Position numbers and translations under genes: made by a program | The notes under the pieces: generated by a model | Databases searched by the model: none | The model's input: the letters and a program-made list of their open reading frames with translations, nothing else | Told to the model about the DNA's origin: nothing | Part shown: in pieces, positions 12,566 to 27,539 of the stretch | Layout of the letters: each line of letters opens with the position of its first letter | Position numbering within the stretch: position 1 is the stretch's first letter | DNA from: the human T2T-CHM13v2.0 reference genome, Homo sapiens | Length of the DNA: 64,000 bases | Strand: one strand, 5' to 3' | NCBI RefSeq assembly: GCF_009914755.1 | Contig: NC_060928.1

Positions 12566-13269
12566 AGAAACTAAAACAACGTAAGTATGATAATGATCTG
12601 ACATGACTATTCATTTCGCTGCTCTCCTACTTTCATGTAAGGGTCAATTTTTCCCTCCTTTTTTGTATTCCTCCTTCCTTCCTTCCTGTTTAAAAATTTT
12701 ATTTTAGAATTACAGAAGAATGATTGTACATAAAAGCTAGGCTACAGGATTTCTCTACCTTACATTCTATTATAGCAAAGAAAGACTGAATACAAAACAA
12801 AGCTCCTAGAAATCATACTCAGGTTTTAGGAGGAGTTGAATACAGAAGGAATGTTCAGAGACATGTAAAAGAGAAAGCGTTCCAAACCCAGCAAGGACAA
12901 AGTAGTAGAACTCAAGGTCAGGGAATGTAATGAGACACAGCATAAAAGAAGCACTGTCAGACGCTTTGGAGACCTTGATGTCCATTTGGGTGGAATCAGG
13001 GATTGATGCTTTTCAGTAAGAAGAGCATTAAAACTTTGAAATGCTAGTTTCTGTGATGTGGAAGGGTAGTGATTTGTTTGAAGAGAGTTCTGTGTTTGAG
13101 GAAAGATATACTCCAGAAAAGTGGAGTGGAATAGAGAACTGTGGAGAATAATATTTGAAAAATATGCGCTTTTTTCAGAGCACTCAACTAATCATTGAAT
13201 GAAACACAATTTCCTTTAATACGTGAAAAAACCTTCAGGGTAGATATTATTCATATTTTACTTTCCTTT

Positions 13270-13425
13270 TCTCAGTTCAGTTTTTATTCCTGTTAAAAAC
13301 TGAGATACTAATATCTGCTTAATAGGAGAATTGAAAAAATTACAGGTTACTATTCAATGTTCCTGGTTCAGTGCCAGAAATATATTAGGCTCTCCTTAAA
13401 AATGGTAGCTATTATAATTATTCTT
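13270..13425 (+). mobile_element. MIR SINE fragment
   Basis: ctcagtt...cctgttaaaaactgagatactaata...aaatggtagctattataattatt. Confidence 0.6.
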
Positions 13426-13718
13426 GTCATTTCTATTTACGAAATACAGAACTTGAAGCTCAAGAAAATTTTATGATTCTAGATTATGACATAAATAAAT
13501 ATTAGAATCAGTACCATAATTTAAACCTGTTTGTGTATAATACTGAAGATGGATATATTCTTTCCAATTTATCACATTTATTTTTCACTTCAAAGACTTT
13601 CTCAAAGCATTTTTTTCTTTGAATCTACATACTATAGAGATATTATTCAGAGAAACAATGTGTGATTTTACTTATAATTACTAAAGAAATTCTCATAGGA
13701 ACCTGGGTTTTCTGTGAC

Positions 13719-14019
13719 TTTTTATTTTTATTTTTTGAGACAGAGTCTCACTCTGTTGCCTAGGCTGGAGTATGGTGATGCGATCTCCACTCGCTGCAAC
13801 CTCTGTCTCCTGAGTTCTAAGCGATTCTCCTGCCTCAGCCTCTGGAGTATCTGGGACTACAGGCACGCACCACCATGCCCAACTAATTTTTGTATTTTTA
13901 GTAGAGACAGGGTTTCACCATGTTGGTTAGGGTGGTCTCGAACTCCTGACCTCAGGTGACCCACCCGCCTCGGCCTCCCAGAGTGCTGGCGTTTCAGGCG
14001 TGAGCCACTGCGCCCGGCC
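13719..14019 (-). mobile_element. AluSx-like SINE
   Basis: Full reverse-complement Alu; TSD tgtgacttttt on both flanks. Confidence 0.97.
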
Positions 14020-16322
14020 TGTGTGACTTTTTAAATGTTTAAAAGTTATTCAGTGAATAACCTTATGGAGAAATCGTGATCCTGTTTATGGTGCTGGTAA
14101 TATTTGTTATTTTTTTAGCTGGTGTAATGAAACTCACAATTCTGTGTCATTTTCTCTCAAGAGATATCCAAGAAAAGGAAAGGTTAACATACATTTTTTC
14201 AGTATTTTCAGAGAAATTGTCTCACGTATAGGACATGTTGAATTTAACATCTTGCATAGCATCTGCCCTTTCATTTTTAGCTACGAAAAGCTAAATGAAA
14301 TGGCTGTTAGTATACAAACAGCATTAGGAGAGTGACTTGTTTCTTATGTAGTTCTTCTAATAATTGGAAGAAATCCCAACTCTGGCAGAGTGGAAGTATT
14401 TGGAGGATTCTCGTTTTTTCTTTTCTTGTTGTTCAGCTGAAATGTTTTGATCCCACTTAACAAGGATTCAGTCTTGCGTTGTTCTTTAAGTACCAAGGAG
14501 ATATATGAGATTGTTTTGAAGTAGATGATTTATTTTCTAATTATCATAGGTAGTTAACAGATGCATGAAGAAAGAAATGTTTCCACTTGCCTATTATTTA
14601 CTAGAAAATTAATCTAAAACCTATCTTTTCACACTATAATATTCATCCACAATCATGCATTTTAAGTGCTTCTTGTTCTTTCCCAAATATATCAAGAACC
14701 AGTTTCTCCATTATTTCAGAGATTCCAAGCCTAGTGATTTTTAATTAAGATTGCATTTTGCAAGTCCAGTCTTCGTAAATGTAAAACTTACAGAATATAT
14801 TTTATGGCACCCACTGAAAGTATGAATATAACAAAAACCCTTTCTCTATTAAAATCTTTGTGGAAAATGCTGGAAGTTTCCAGGACATACAGACTAAAAA
14901 AGTAACAATGCTTAACATATAAGACTCAAACGTTTTTAGACAACCACTTGTGGGTATACATGTTTTTTGAATTTCACATAGCTATAATTACTAGTATGTG
15001 TCAAACAATTTACCACGCACTGTTATATGCCATGTCTTACACTGCCATTACTGAGAAATTCCAAATAACATTGAGGTCACATTGACTTTGGTACAACCAA
15101 AATATTTGCCAGCATTAGACTTTTATCAATAACTCATTAACCTTCTAACATTTTCTCCCTTTATACCCACTAATCTATGACATTTTTCTTGAGTTCCTTC
15201 CAATTTTAGACATTTTATTTGAATTATCTTTCTAAGTACAGTGTCATTTGCCTCTATTTTCTGTGCCACAAGTTGTACCTTTGATGTTTTTAAATTTAAA
15301 CTTTGCATTTTGATGTGGAAGTAGCAAGGATTCCCGAGGCTATGATCTGATCGGCAACAGCCAGGCTAGCAGCAAGGGAAGTTGAGATAACAACAGTGGG
15401 CATACCGAAATGAGCATACTGTTACAACACGTGTTCGTAGTTTTATGAACATATTATGGAGCTGACAGATGCTATGATAAATTTGTATGCAGATATTGTC
15501 TGCAGCATAATTTTTATGTATTCCCTTTAAAGCTGAAAGTGTATATGTCTGTGAGCAAATATGTATTAGCATACATGCTTTCCTGCCTGCCTAGTTTTCT
15601 TTCTTTGGGACAAAACATTCTGCCACCTTGGCTTCCCACATAATTAAAAGTTTCTACACATTATTGATATTTGTAACACCTCTTATTTTTGCCATAGAAA
15701 TATGTTGCACTATTTGGCTTTCCTTTGGGGGGAAAAAACCTGCACACACACATAGACACACATACACACCTGTGGACTCAAGTTTTAAGAGCATGGCCTA
15801 ATGGTGCATGACTACCACATTAAAAGAAATGCATTCAGTGATGTCACAAAGCTGATTGCCTCAGTTGATCTATAATTTGGTTCATTAATAAAAGTCAGCT
15901 TATTGGTAGTATTCTCGCAAAGGCTTCAAATTATTGCATTTTAAGTAAAAATGGGAGTAAGATGCTAACATCTATTTCTAAACTTTTTAAAAAACTAATC
16001 TAATGCAATTATAACACTAGAATCCTCTGCTGAAGTCCCACAAACTTTCGTTCATGATTTGCCATAAGGAAACCCAGCCCCAGCTTTGCTGACTAGTAAG
16101 ATAAATTTATCTTTACCAGACCCAACTCTTTCTGCCATTCTGCTAAGTCTTGGTGGAGTAGCTAAATTAATCCCCCCAAGGACTCTTTAAATTGCCAGCT
16201 AAGCTTTCTTGGAACCTCATCACAAATAGGCATTATGTTCTTTGTGAGAAAAATTTCGCTCTGCATTTGATCAGACACCTTAGTTGTTTGCTTGATACAG
16301 AACCCTTCACTATTCTTTATAA

Positions 16323-16697
<375 letters not shown>

Positions 16698-17374
16698 TGT
16701 ATTTCATTTATATATGCATAATATTTATATATGCTTTCCTATATACAAGTATATTTGACATTAAAATGGATTATTAAAAGTGATTATGTCTCTGACTGTT
16801 GGTTCCCTTGAAATTACTGTGTGTAACATTTCCATGTGAACTAACCTGCTTTGTATCAATCCTGCTTATCCTTTATTGGTATTTTATCAACTTGATTTAA
16901 TTTAACTGTAGAAATGCTTCAGTTTCCTGTGGAAATTAAATTAGCCAATTGAATTTTAGCTGCTGCAACTTTTTGTATTTAGATGACTTATTAATGACCA
17001 TGGTCATTTTGTACCTTTTATAACTTTTATTTTTAATTTTTTTTAATACAAGAGAAATACTCTAGAAAGTATTCTTAGGTAAGCCAAATTATTTATTTTG
17101 TATGGTACTGACTTTGAGTAGCCTTAAATAATGTCCGCTGACATAGCTATAGTGATATTAGGATATATAAAAAGTTATATGATATGCAGTGTTATACACA
17201 GGAATATTCCTAGAATAAGAGGATTTAAGAATGTTCTTTTATTTAAAATCCCTGGGTTTTTTTGTTTCAAAGTTCCTGCAGTACACCACACTCAAGCTTA
17301 ATTATTTAAATGTGAAAATCTTCCTTAAAACAGAATAGAGGAAGTTAAGTGTTTCATTTCGAAATTACCCAAAT

Positions 17375-17649
17375 TGTAGTACTTTGGGCCGCTGAGGTAG
17401 TAGGACCTCTTAAGGACAGAAGTTTGAGACCAGCCTGGGCAATATAGTGAGACCCTGCTCTAAAAATAAAATAAAATTTAAAAATTCACCAGTCATGGTG
17501 GTACACCTGTAATCCTAGCTACTCCAGAGGTTGAGGTGGGTTGAAGTAAGAGGATCACTTGAGACCAGGAGTTATGGCGAGGTCTTATCGCACTACTTCA
17601 CTCCAGCCTAAGCACCAGAACAAGACCCTGCTTCAAAAAAAAAAAAAAA
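17375..17649 (+). mobile_element. Diverged AluJ, 5' truncated
   Basis: gagaccagcctgggcaatatagtgagaccct, right arm, poly(A); flanks share tacccaaa. Confidence 0.9.
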
Positions 17650-18057
17650 TACCCAAACTTTAGGATTAATATTAAAGGTATTGAGGTAACATTTTAAATT
17701 TAACCTTACATGAGCTACAGTTCTTCATGATGGATAATGCATGAGATGAAAAACATCGAAAAACATGCTAATCTTCCAAAAAGAAGCTCATTCTAGAATA
17801 ATTTGAGGCTTTGGGAGATAATATATTTATGAAAAAAATAGAAAAACAAATTATTGTGTCACAAAAGCGATTATCCCAGTAATGAGGAGCAACCCCAAAC
17901 TGGTTGTGTGACATTGATATATTTTGATGATTGACTATGCCCAGAACAGCTGATTCAGCAGGGCAGAAGAAATGTAGTTTTGGCAAAGGTGGCAAGAAAT
18001 TTCAGAAACAATTACAAAATTTTATCTCTACCACCTGAAGTGTAGCAAATTTTAAAT

Positions 18058-18119
18058 ATTTCTTTGATTTTGAAAGGCCTTGTTAATCATTTCTTTGATT
18101 TTGAAATGCCTTGTTAATT
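18058..18119. repeat. 31-bp tandem duplication (2 copies)
   Basis: atttctttgattttgaaa(g/t)gccttgttaat(c/t) twice in succession. Confidence 0.95.
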
Positions 18120-19087
18120 CTTTTTACTGCTAATCATTTGTGCTCTCTGACCAGCATAAAACAGCTATAGAACATTAATGCATCACAAGCAACTGTAACC
18201 AAATTAAAGGCCTATAAGTCCATTTTTTTGGTGTTGGAGATTCTGTGCCTATTTCACCTAATGTACTTTTAACTAACCATGAACTAAAAATAGTAGCTTG
18301 CTTCTGAAGATGGTGGGTCTCAAACATCAAAACAGAGTCAGAAATGTCCTAGGTGCCCAGACATCTAGAGGGGCGCTCAGCAGATGGGAGTCAATGGAGT
18401 CTAGAACAAAGTGTTGGATTAGAGTGGGTTCTGAGTGGAGCATGAAAACCAGATATTTGCAGGCACAGCTGAAGGCTTTGAGGGCACATTACTCCAGCAT
18501 TTTCCTGGGAAATAGCGGTGCTATTATAACGGTTTAGCACTGACAAGTCTTGGCTCATAGCTCTAGCAAGGAAGTTTATAGAGGACTTTGAAGTCAGACA
18601 TACTTGGGTTTGCACATTAAATCTGCCACACTCCATTCATATTATACCCTAGATGGAGTGGTCCAGAATTCTAATAAGTGAGTAGAATACCAGATGAAGA
18701 ATCCGGGCAACATTTGGAAACTCCAGGCAGGCAGATAGGCCTGATACTGTAGATCTGGTATGAAGCCCTTAGCTCTGGGTTGGGGTTCAGGCATAATAAA
18801 GTTCCTAAGGATCATACACTAGTCTAGGCCTCAGTCTTAGAATGGACCTTGGCAACTCTGTGGGTTCTGAGCATAAAGACAGAGAAAGAAAGACTAATGC
18901 AGAAGTAGTTTAGAAAACAAAACAAACCCACTAGACTAGGCTGGGTTCTAACAAGTCTTGAAGAAAAGCTCAGTTTTCTAGTCATGAATGAATTAGCTAC
19001 TCAAAAGACCCAATGCAGGGCTACAAATTGTGAATTTGTAGCTCTGCAGTCATTAGTACTTCTAACTATGACTGACAGGACAGCCTT

Positions 19088-19156
19088 TGTGTGGGTTGCG
19101 TGTGTATGTTTGTGTGTGTGCATGTGTGTGTGCATGTGTGTGTGCATGTGTGTATG
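19088..19156. repeat. (TG)n-derived repeat with 12-bp unit gtgtgtgtgcat
   Basis: Three consecutive gtgtgtgtgcat units seen directly. Confidence 0.9.
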
Positions 19157-20039
19157 GGAGTGGTGTTCAGCAGCAAGACTGCCAGTTATATTCATTTGTC
19201 CTATAAGACCTACCCTTGCTGCATCATCTCAGCAATCCTTCCTTGTATCCTCAAATTGCTTTGTCTTCTTTAGGGCCAGCTATTTAGTACTAGGATGTTA
19301 TTCTTCCTCACAAATAATGGAGAAAGACATGTAGTTATTTGCTCAATTACCAATAATAACCCAAACTTTTGCATTTAGGAATGCTATCTGAAGACTAGCC
19401 AGGGTTAGCTATAGACAAAGAGGGAAAGAAAAAGAAAAAGAAGTTGAAGTTTGTTCTCCAAATTGTGTCTTCAGGATAAGAGCCAAGTTACACTTTTATT
19501 TACATATAATTTTAATCATGAACAGCATAATTTCATCTTATTTTAAATTATTGGTGCTAAGAAAAAAACAAGTAGAAAAAAAGACTGAAAGTTTTAGTGA
19601 ATTTCAATTACTTATGGCTTAGCAGCAGTAACTGAAGAGCTAATTTGTTTAGTAATGAACTTTATCTGCAAAAGAAAAGACAAGACAGCTACTGAATTCA
19701 ACAACAATGACTTACTCTCCAGTTTCAAGCAAAAAAAGACAATAGAACTTGTCTATACCATTCTTCAGATTGGTGAACATTAATCATGTTTTGCTTTTTT
19801 AAAAAACTACAAGACAGTTGTATAGGGGCAAAGAACATGTTGATGATCATAATTTTGTTTATTGCAGAATGAATATTTGATGGTTTCTGAGCAAATAAGA
19901 GGTGTAGGGCATTTTCCCAAGAAAGCTCTCTTGAAGATACTGAGGCAGAAAATGCATCATCCCAGATTTCAACCAGTTTCCTTTCTAGTGATGTAGGTAA
20001 GATCTGCACAAAAGTACGTGTAATATAAAGACAAATGGG

Positions 20040-20560
20040 GTTATTTGAAGAAGAGTTACAAGTGGTGGTAATATGAGGAGGATGGAAAGATCATATTTGA
20101 TGTAGGCCTGGAAGAGGAAAGATGGTTAAGATTTTATCAAGCACATATAAAGTGATTAAACAGTGATTCTCAATGAGGAGAATTTTTGACACCTCCCCGA
20201 CCCCCCAAGGGACATTGGCAATGTCTGGAGACATTTTTGTTTGTCACAACAACGGGGATGCAACTGGCATTTAGTAAGTAGAAGTCAAGAATGCCACTAG
20301 ACATCCTGCCATCCACAGTACAGCAACAAAGAATGGTCCAACCAAAATTGTCAATACTGTCGATCTTGGAATAAAGAATCATTTCAAGTAGAAGGAAGAA
20401 TATTCACAAAAGCAAGGCTTATGTCCTTTGGGAAATTCTGTGTGGTCTAGTTTGCCTGAGGTATAGATTATGTGAAAGAGCATAAGATAAGTGAAGGCTG
20501 GAAGGATAGTTTATGAATGGATGCGGACAGATGTTGATGTCAGATTAAAGAATTGTATTT
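20040..20560 (-). mobile_element. L2 LINE remnant interrupted by MER20
   Basis: Purine-rich L2-like sequence (catttcaagtagaaggaagaatattcacaaaagca) on both sides of MER20. Confidence 0.55.
20161..20372 (+). mobile_element. MER20 hAT-Charlie DNA transposon
   Basis: cagtgattctcaa start and gggacattggcaatgtctggagacattttt...gtcacaac hallmark. Confidence 0.92.
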
Positions 20561-21289
20561 TCTTATTTGTTGGCCTTCCCAATACCAACTAATAAAATAT
20601 TTCACTGGATGTAATGCAAATTAAAAGAAAAAAACTTTTATTATTCAGTGTTATTTCAAATATTCAATAGATTTTGTTCTTTTTAAAAATTTCTTTCCAT
20701 CTCAGTGTAAGGAATTAAAAGGGCCTTTGGAAACATATACAACTAACTCTTTAGAAGAATATTCCTATTATCTGCCAGTTTCCTTCAAACTTACTTACAA
20801 AGAATAAGAGATCACTTCCTTAGATAAGTGCTGGGATTCTTCTAACTTAAGCCTTTCATGACTTTCCTCCATTAAATGTTTAATTATTTTCAAGGCATTT
20901 CATGATTATTTTAATTACACATAAGTAGTACGTAATATCTATATGGGGCTAACTCATTTTATTGCTCAATCTCCGAAAGCAGCAAGATAAAGTATAGAGC
21001 TACTTATTTTATTTTCAATTAACTTGTTAAAAAGTTTTAGTATATCTGCCTTAGTAAAATTATTTGTTTATAATTATCTGCATGTGTCAGGCTATGACAA
21101 ACAACTTCTTAAGATCAGAGAAACTTTTTATCAGATGATACGCCCTTCTTAAAAAGTTTGGCCTCTAATTATAGGATTATATTTGTATAAATTATACGCA
21201 AGATCATACATCTAGAGAATCCTCATGTGGCTCATATTCTTTTTCAACGCCAAAATAACTTTTAAAAATGTATAAGATTATTGCATTTA

Positions 21290-21600
<311 letters not shown>

Positions 21601-21700
21601 AGAAGAGAGAAAGAAAGCGACAGAGAGAGAGAGAGGAAGGAAGGAAGGGAGGGAGGGAGGGAGGGAGGGAGGGAGGGAGGGAGAGAGGGAGGGAGGGAAA
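21601..21700. repeat. (GA)n/(GGAA)n/(GGGA)n purine tract grown from the Alu tail
   Basis: Nine consecutive GGGA units at 21647-21682. Confidence 0.95.
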
Positions 21701-22788
21701 GAGTACATGTCATTGCGAGCACTTGATTTTTACAAATAATCAAAATGAGTTATCTTAAAATCAAAATTCAAATCTTGAAACAATCCATTTTATATGAAAT
21801 TAGAAGATAAGAATTTTGTCATGAAATGATGTTTTATCTTAGAATCTATTAATGGACAGTTAGGGAATAAGGAATAGATTTTGTGCAGTAACTTTTCCTT
21901 TGGTCAAGTCTCTGCCTTTTTTGGTAATTATTCACATAATAGTGTTTATGACTTTTTTTTTGTAATTCTTCTTGACTCTTCTTTATTTAAGTTTACTTTT
22001 GGACAGGAATCATAGTGTGTTGGTAAGCATTCAGAAAATACTTATGGAATGAGTAATTTTAAAGTAATATTATCTGATTTTTTTATAAGGCAGTTTCCCA
22101 AAAGTACAAAATATGAAATGCAAAATAAAAATAATGTTAAAGCTTCATGTAAAGCCAATAGAAATGTACGTTTGTTAGGTCCTTAAAAGTGGACCTCACG
22201 GATGGTATCTTACAGCAACATGCTAACAGCATGCTCCATCAATAGGTCTATCAAACTATGTGCAGCAGCCTAACAAATTGTAAAATATTGATTGAAATGA
22301 TAGCATGTCTTTTTAAGCTTCACCAGGAAAAGATAGTAAAATTAGAGAATCTTTATTCAGATAACAGAAGATAGCATTTCAATGCATTGTATTAATAATA
22401 GAAATATAACAAAATGGAGTAAGAGGATGGGGAGAAATATCGAGAGGACTATTTTTGCTGCAGAATTTGCTTCAACATGCTAACTCCAATTGCGTCATGT
22501 TATACAACTGGAATCTACATCAGAGCTTCAAAACTTCAATTCAAAAACTCACTTCACGATATAAAAACAAGCTTTTGGCAATGCTTTTTATTCAACATGG
22601 CCCCTTACTTGCATAGACAGTTTAATCATTACAGGCATTACCCGACATCCCCCTTTTAAAATCATTTCTCCATCCAATCCTTTAACTCCCAGTGCTTCCT
22701 AAATTTCTCACCTCCACTTTCATACTCACTTTTATACTCAGTTGCTACTTTTCTGTAGCTCTTTGTCTTTTATATTAGAAACTATCTA

Positions 22789-23097
<309 letters not shown>

Positions 23098-24171
23098 CTA
23101 TCCAGATTTATCCCATCCAGCAAAAACTCAATTTATCCTATCTTGCCACAATAGTCCTCCCTAATAGATTTCTCCTGCCTCCATCATCTTCCCTTTCATC
23201 TTCTATCCCTTACTTTAATTCTCTACATCGAGTTGGACCTTGGCTTCAGAGGCATATTAAATGCTTCTCTTTATAGAAAATTACCTTCCCTCATGCATCA
23301 CCTCAAAAATCTAAGCCAAGTTACCTAATTTTAAAAGGAAATGATTGTTCATTATTAGTAATATACTTTAACAATAATTACGATATAAACAGAAATTGTG
23401 TGCATTAAATATTATGGTTTTTGATTTTCAAATTTCATTGTAAATATAGCAGGGGAGATGTTACCTATTCTGAAAACACATTTTTACAATGAAGACAACT
23501 AAAGCGTAGCCGCTCAGTACTTTTACAAAATTTCAGATAAACATCAGAATTTAGAAATTGCTACTTTAATATTATCTAAGTCTCATTTTACCTACTAGTA
23601 ATGCTACTCCAGAATTTTTTTAGGATTGTAAAAATCTATCGTCATTTCATCATTTCCCTGCCCATTGCTTCCACATTTATCCTATAATCTCGCCGTCTGT
23701 TTCACTGACATGGCAGACCCAGAGGGCAGGGAGCATATCTTATCTGTGAAATGCTGTATGTAAGTGTGGATTCTCTGTCAGCATTTAAAAAAAATAATAG
23801 AACTTCAAATAGGATTGATTTAAGCCTCCCTAGTCAGCAGTTAGTCTTGGTGACATGAATCACTCTTTCAAATGGTAATTTACACCTGTTACCTGCATCC
23901 ACAGGTTGGAAAATGCTTACACCTTAATTAATTGCACCCTTGTGATGTGGGAGATTGTATCCTCAACTCTGAGACAGGGAGATTAGGGAATAGAGAATCA
24001 ACAGCTTTTCTAATATTTCAAAGAAGAGTTTTGCAGAAGAAAATTAGAATTCAGGTCACTTTTCATTGAATGATCGATGAGGTTCTTTAGGAATCTGTGC
24101 TCTCATGGGAGAAACATGGAGATGGCATCTCTTCCAGTAAGATATGTACTTGTCCTTAGCTTATGCGGTAG

Positions 24172-24529
<358 letters not shown>

Positions 24530-25145
24530 ACATCTATGTTTCTTAATAACACTTTTGCTCTCTGCTTCTGTAGTGGCTGATATCATCCTCAGAACCAAAG
24601 AGCAGGTTGCATGCAAATTACTTTTAGGCGAGCATGACATTAGAATATAATTCCCCAAATGGTAGTGCCACCATGTAATTAAGCTACAACTGATGACAAG
24701 TATCTGACATCAGATAATCATTTAATAGAGGAAAATGGGAGGCAGTTCATTATTTTAAAACATGTTTTCTTTAAAGTTCCTTGAGGATGTGGAAGGATTT
24801 TCTTGGCTTTCAAATGATTTCAAAATGTTTGTGTGTAATTATTTTTTGGCAGGTTTTAGAAATATATTTATGGTAGCGATAAGGGTTTCCTTGGCTGACA
24901 TCACTAAATGTTCATAAGACCTGTAAGTGGACTTTCACCTTTGATTTTTTCCCTACCAGAGCACATGTTGTCTGGGTTAATATGCTTTTTGTTCCTTAAA
25001 CTTGAACAAAATCTTAGGAAGTGCTAAGATAGAAACTTTATAAGGTATTATAAATGTGTTTTACACAAAATGTGAAGGGTTTATTGTTATAATAGCTTAA
25101 TCTGTACTTTGCTAAGTCTCATTTGGTCTTTTTCACTGAACATAG

Positions 25146-25464
<319 letters not shown>

Positions 25465-25719
25465 TGTAGTTCTTGAAGTATAAAGATAATGGAAGATCCT
25501 ATCCCCAAAAGACTCTGAAACTAACATTTTTACATACATGTGAGGTCAACTTGGCAAATTACAAAGAGAAAATTGAATTAGAGAGTGAACTATATAATGT
25601 TCATTCTTTCATCGAAAATGTTTGATTATTTATTGTGTGCAAAACACTATACTGCACTAATAGCATACTCTGTTGTGCTTGTAACTCTAAAGTCAGTACG
25701 ACTTTGAAAATTCCATACC

Positions 25720-26078
25720 TGTATTAGTTCATTTTCACGTAGCTAATAAAGACATACTGGAGACTGGGCAATTTACTAAAGAAAGAGTTTTAATGGATTC
25801 ACAGTTCCACATGTCTGGGGAGGCCTCACAATTATGGTGAAAAGTGAAAGGCATGTCTCTCATGGTGGCAGACCAGAGAAGAGAACTTGTGCTGGGAAAC
25901 TCCCCTTTATAAAACCATCACATCTCATGAGACTTATTCACTGTCACAAGAATAGTGTGGGAAAGATCCACCCCCCTGATTCAATTACCTCCCACCGCGT
26001 CCCTCCCATAGCACATGGGAATTGTGGGAGCTACAATTCAAGATGAGATTTGGGTGGGAACATAGCCAAACCATATCA
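25720..26078 (-). mobile_element. THE1 (THE1B-like) MaLR solo LTR
   Basis: TG...CA termini (tgtattagt...ccaaaccatatca), 359 bp, perfect 5-bp TSD ATACC. Confidence 0.96.
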
Positions 26079-26219
26079 ATACCTTACTACCATCTTTACC
26101 TCTCCAACATCATCTCCTGCGTTTTGAGTTAATGTTATTTAATTGTCTCATGTTATTTTCTGCATTTCTCTAACCCCATCTCTGCCTTGTTCTCTATCCT
26201 TGAAAACTCTTGCCTGATC

Positions 26220-26375
26220 TCCCTGAAATTCAGTTTGTTCATCTGTATGTTGGGAATAACAATGTAACCTAAAAATTGTGAATTAAATTAAATAAATTCA
26301 TGAAATATTTTGCTTAATTATTAGCATATACTAGTTAAGCAGCGATTACTTGCTAATATTGCCATTATTGATATT
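26220..26375 (+). mobile_element. MIR SINE
   Basis: Core tcagtttgttcatctgtatgttgggaataacaat. Confidence 0.7.
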
Positions 26376-26377
26376 CA

Positions 26378-26590
26378 GAGTTCAGCTTAGATATCAGGAG
26401 CTCTCCTGGAAGGGGATCTCCCTGGTCCCACTACACTGTGTTCATACTTCTATTTGCAAGTCTAGCCATGTTCTATGTTACTGGGAACCTAATAATTGAT
26501 GAGTGCCTTGAGAATATGGGCCATGTGTTATTTCTTCCTGTATCTTCAATGATTAAAATATTCAAAAGTCTCAAGTGTTGGAAGAAATGC
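26378..26590 (+). mobile_element. L2 LINE 3' remnant
   Basis: gttcagcttagatatc...tcctggaag...gccttgagaatatgggccatgtgttattt. Confidence 0.55.
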
Positions 26591-27539
26591 TCTAGAATAT
26601 AGACACATGGCTGATAGTAGTTGGGAATATTTTACCTTCTCCCACTGAAAGCAATCATTCTTTCATATCCATTGCTCTCTTTTCTAAAAGAAATGCTGGT
26701 GAGTGTACTCTAGAGACATTTAGCCAGTTCTCACTTCTCCCACCCCTTCTCTGCTGTGAGGCCAGCATTTGTGGTGTGGACTTTGCTTTAAATGCTGGAA
26801 ACCTAGAGGAACTATAATATCATAATAGTATGGTGAAAGAAGGAGGCAGCAGTTCAAGTAGACAGGTCTATGTGACAAGTGACAGATAGATGATGGGTGT
26901 TTTCTGGCTGATGATCAGAGTTCATTGACACAGAAAGACAGCAACAAGCAATACTTGGAATTCAGGTAGTCAAGTAGATGGATTCAATAAGGTTTGGCAG
27001 CAGATGGTCAGGGCCCAGGCCAAGACTCTGGAGAGCAATCCTGACCTGCAATTCTAGAATTATGGCTAAGGCAGAGATCTTGTTGTCGAAAATAAATTGC
27101 ACAATATGGAAAAGACAGGTATTCTCAAGGGTTTAGCCAAACTACTTGCTTCTGGGGAAGAGTTCCGAGGAGATTGTTTGATATCTAGTATTCTAGATCA
27201 GTGTTTAAGATTTATCAGTACCAAAGGAAGGTTGCACATGCTTTGTTTTTCTTAAATATTGTTCTGTATGTTTAGTTCCTGAAGTTCATGTTAAAATTGT
27301 ATTATAATTATTATTTACATTACCCATGATAAATCAAAACATTTATTGAAATATACTATTAGAATCTCAAAGTGATGAAACCAAATATTTCTTCCTTAGA
27401 AGGGTAAACTTAAATATAAGCAAAATAAATACAAAGGTAGCCAGAGGACTATTTGAGATGGAATAAGAAATTATAAAGCAGAAAATAAATAGAGTTTACT
27501 GCTGTCTTATTTTTCATTATAATTTTAATGAATTGTATA

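Noticed and set aside
18360-18378. CTCF-like atctagaggggcgc
   Set aside because: An extra G breaks the core spacing and the 5' half matches poorly.
25800-25830. PRDM9 recombination hotspot motif in the THE1 LTR
   Set aside because: The minus strand reads CCTCCCCAGACAT, not the hotspot-associated CCTCCCTNNCCAC.
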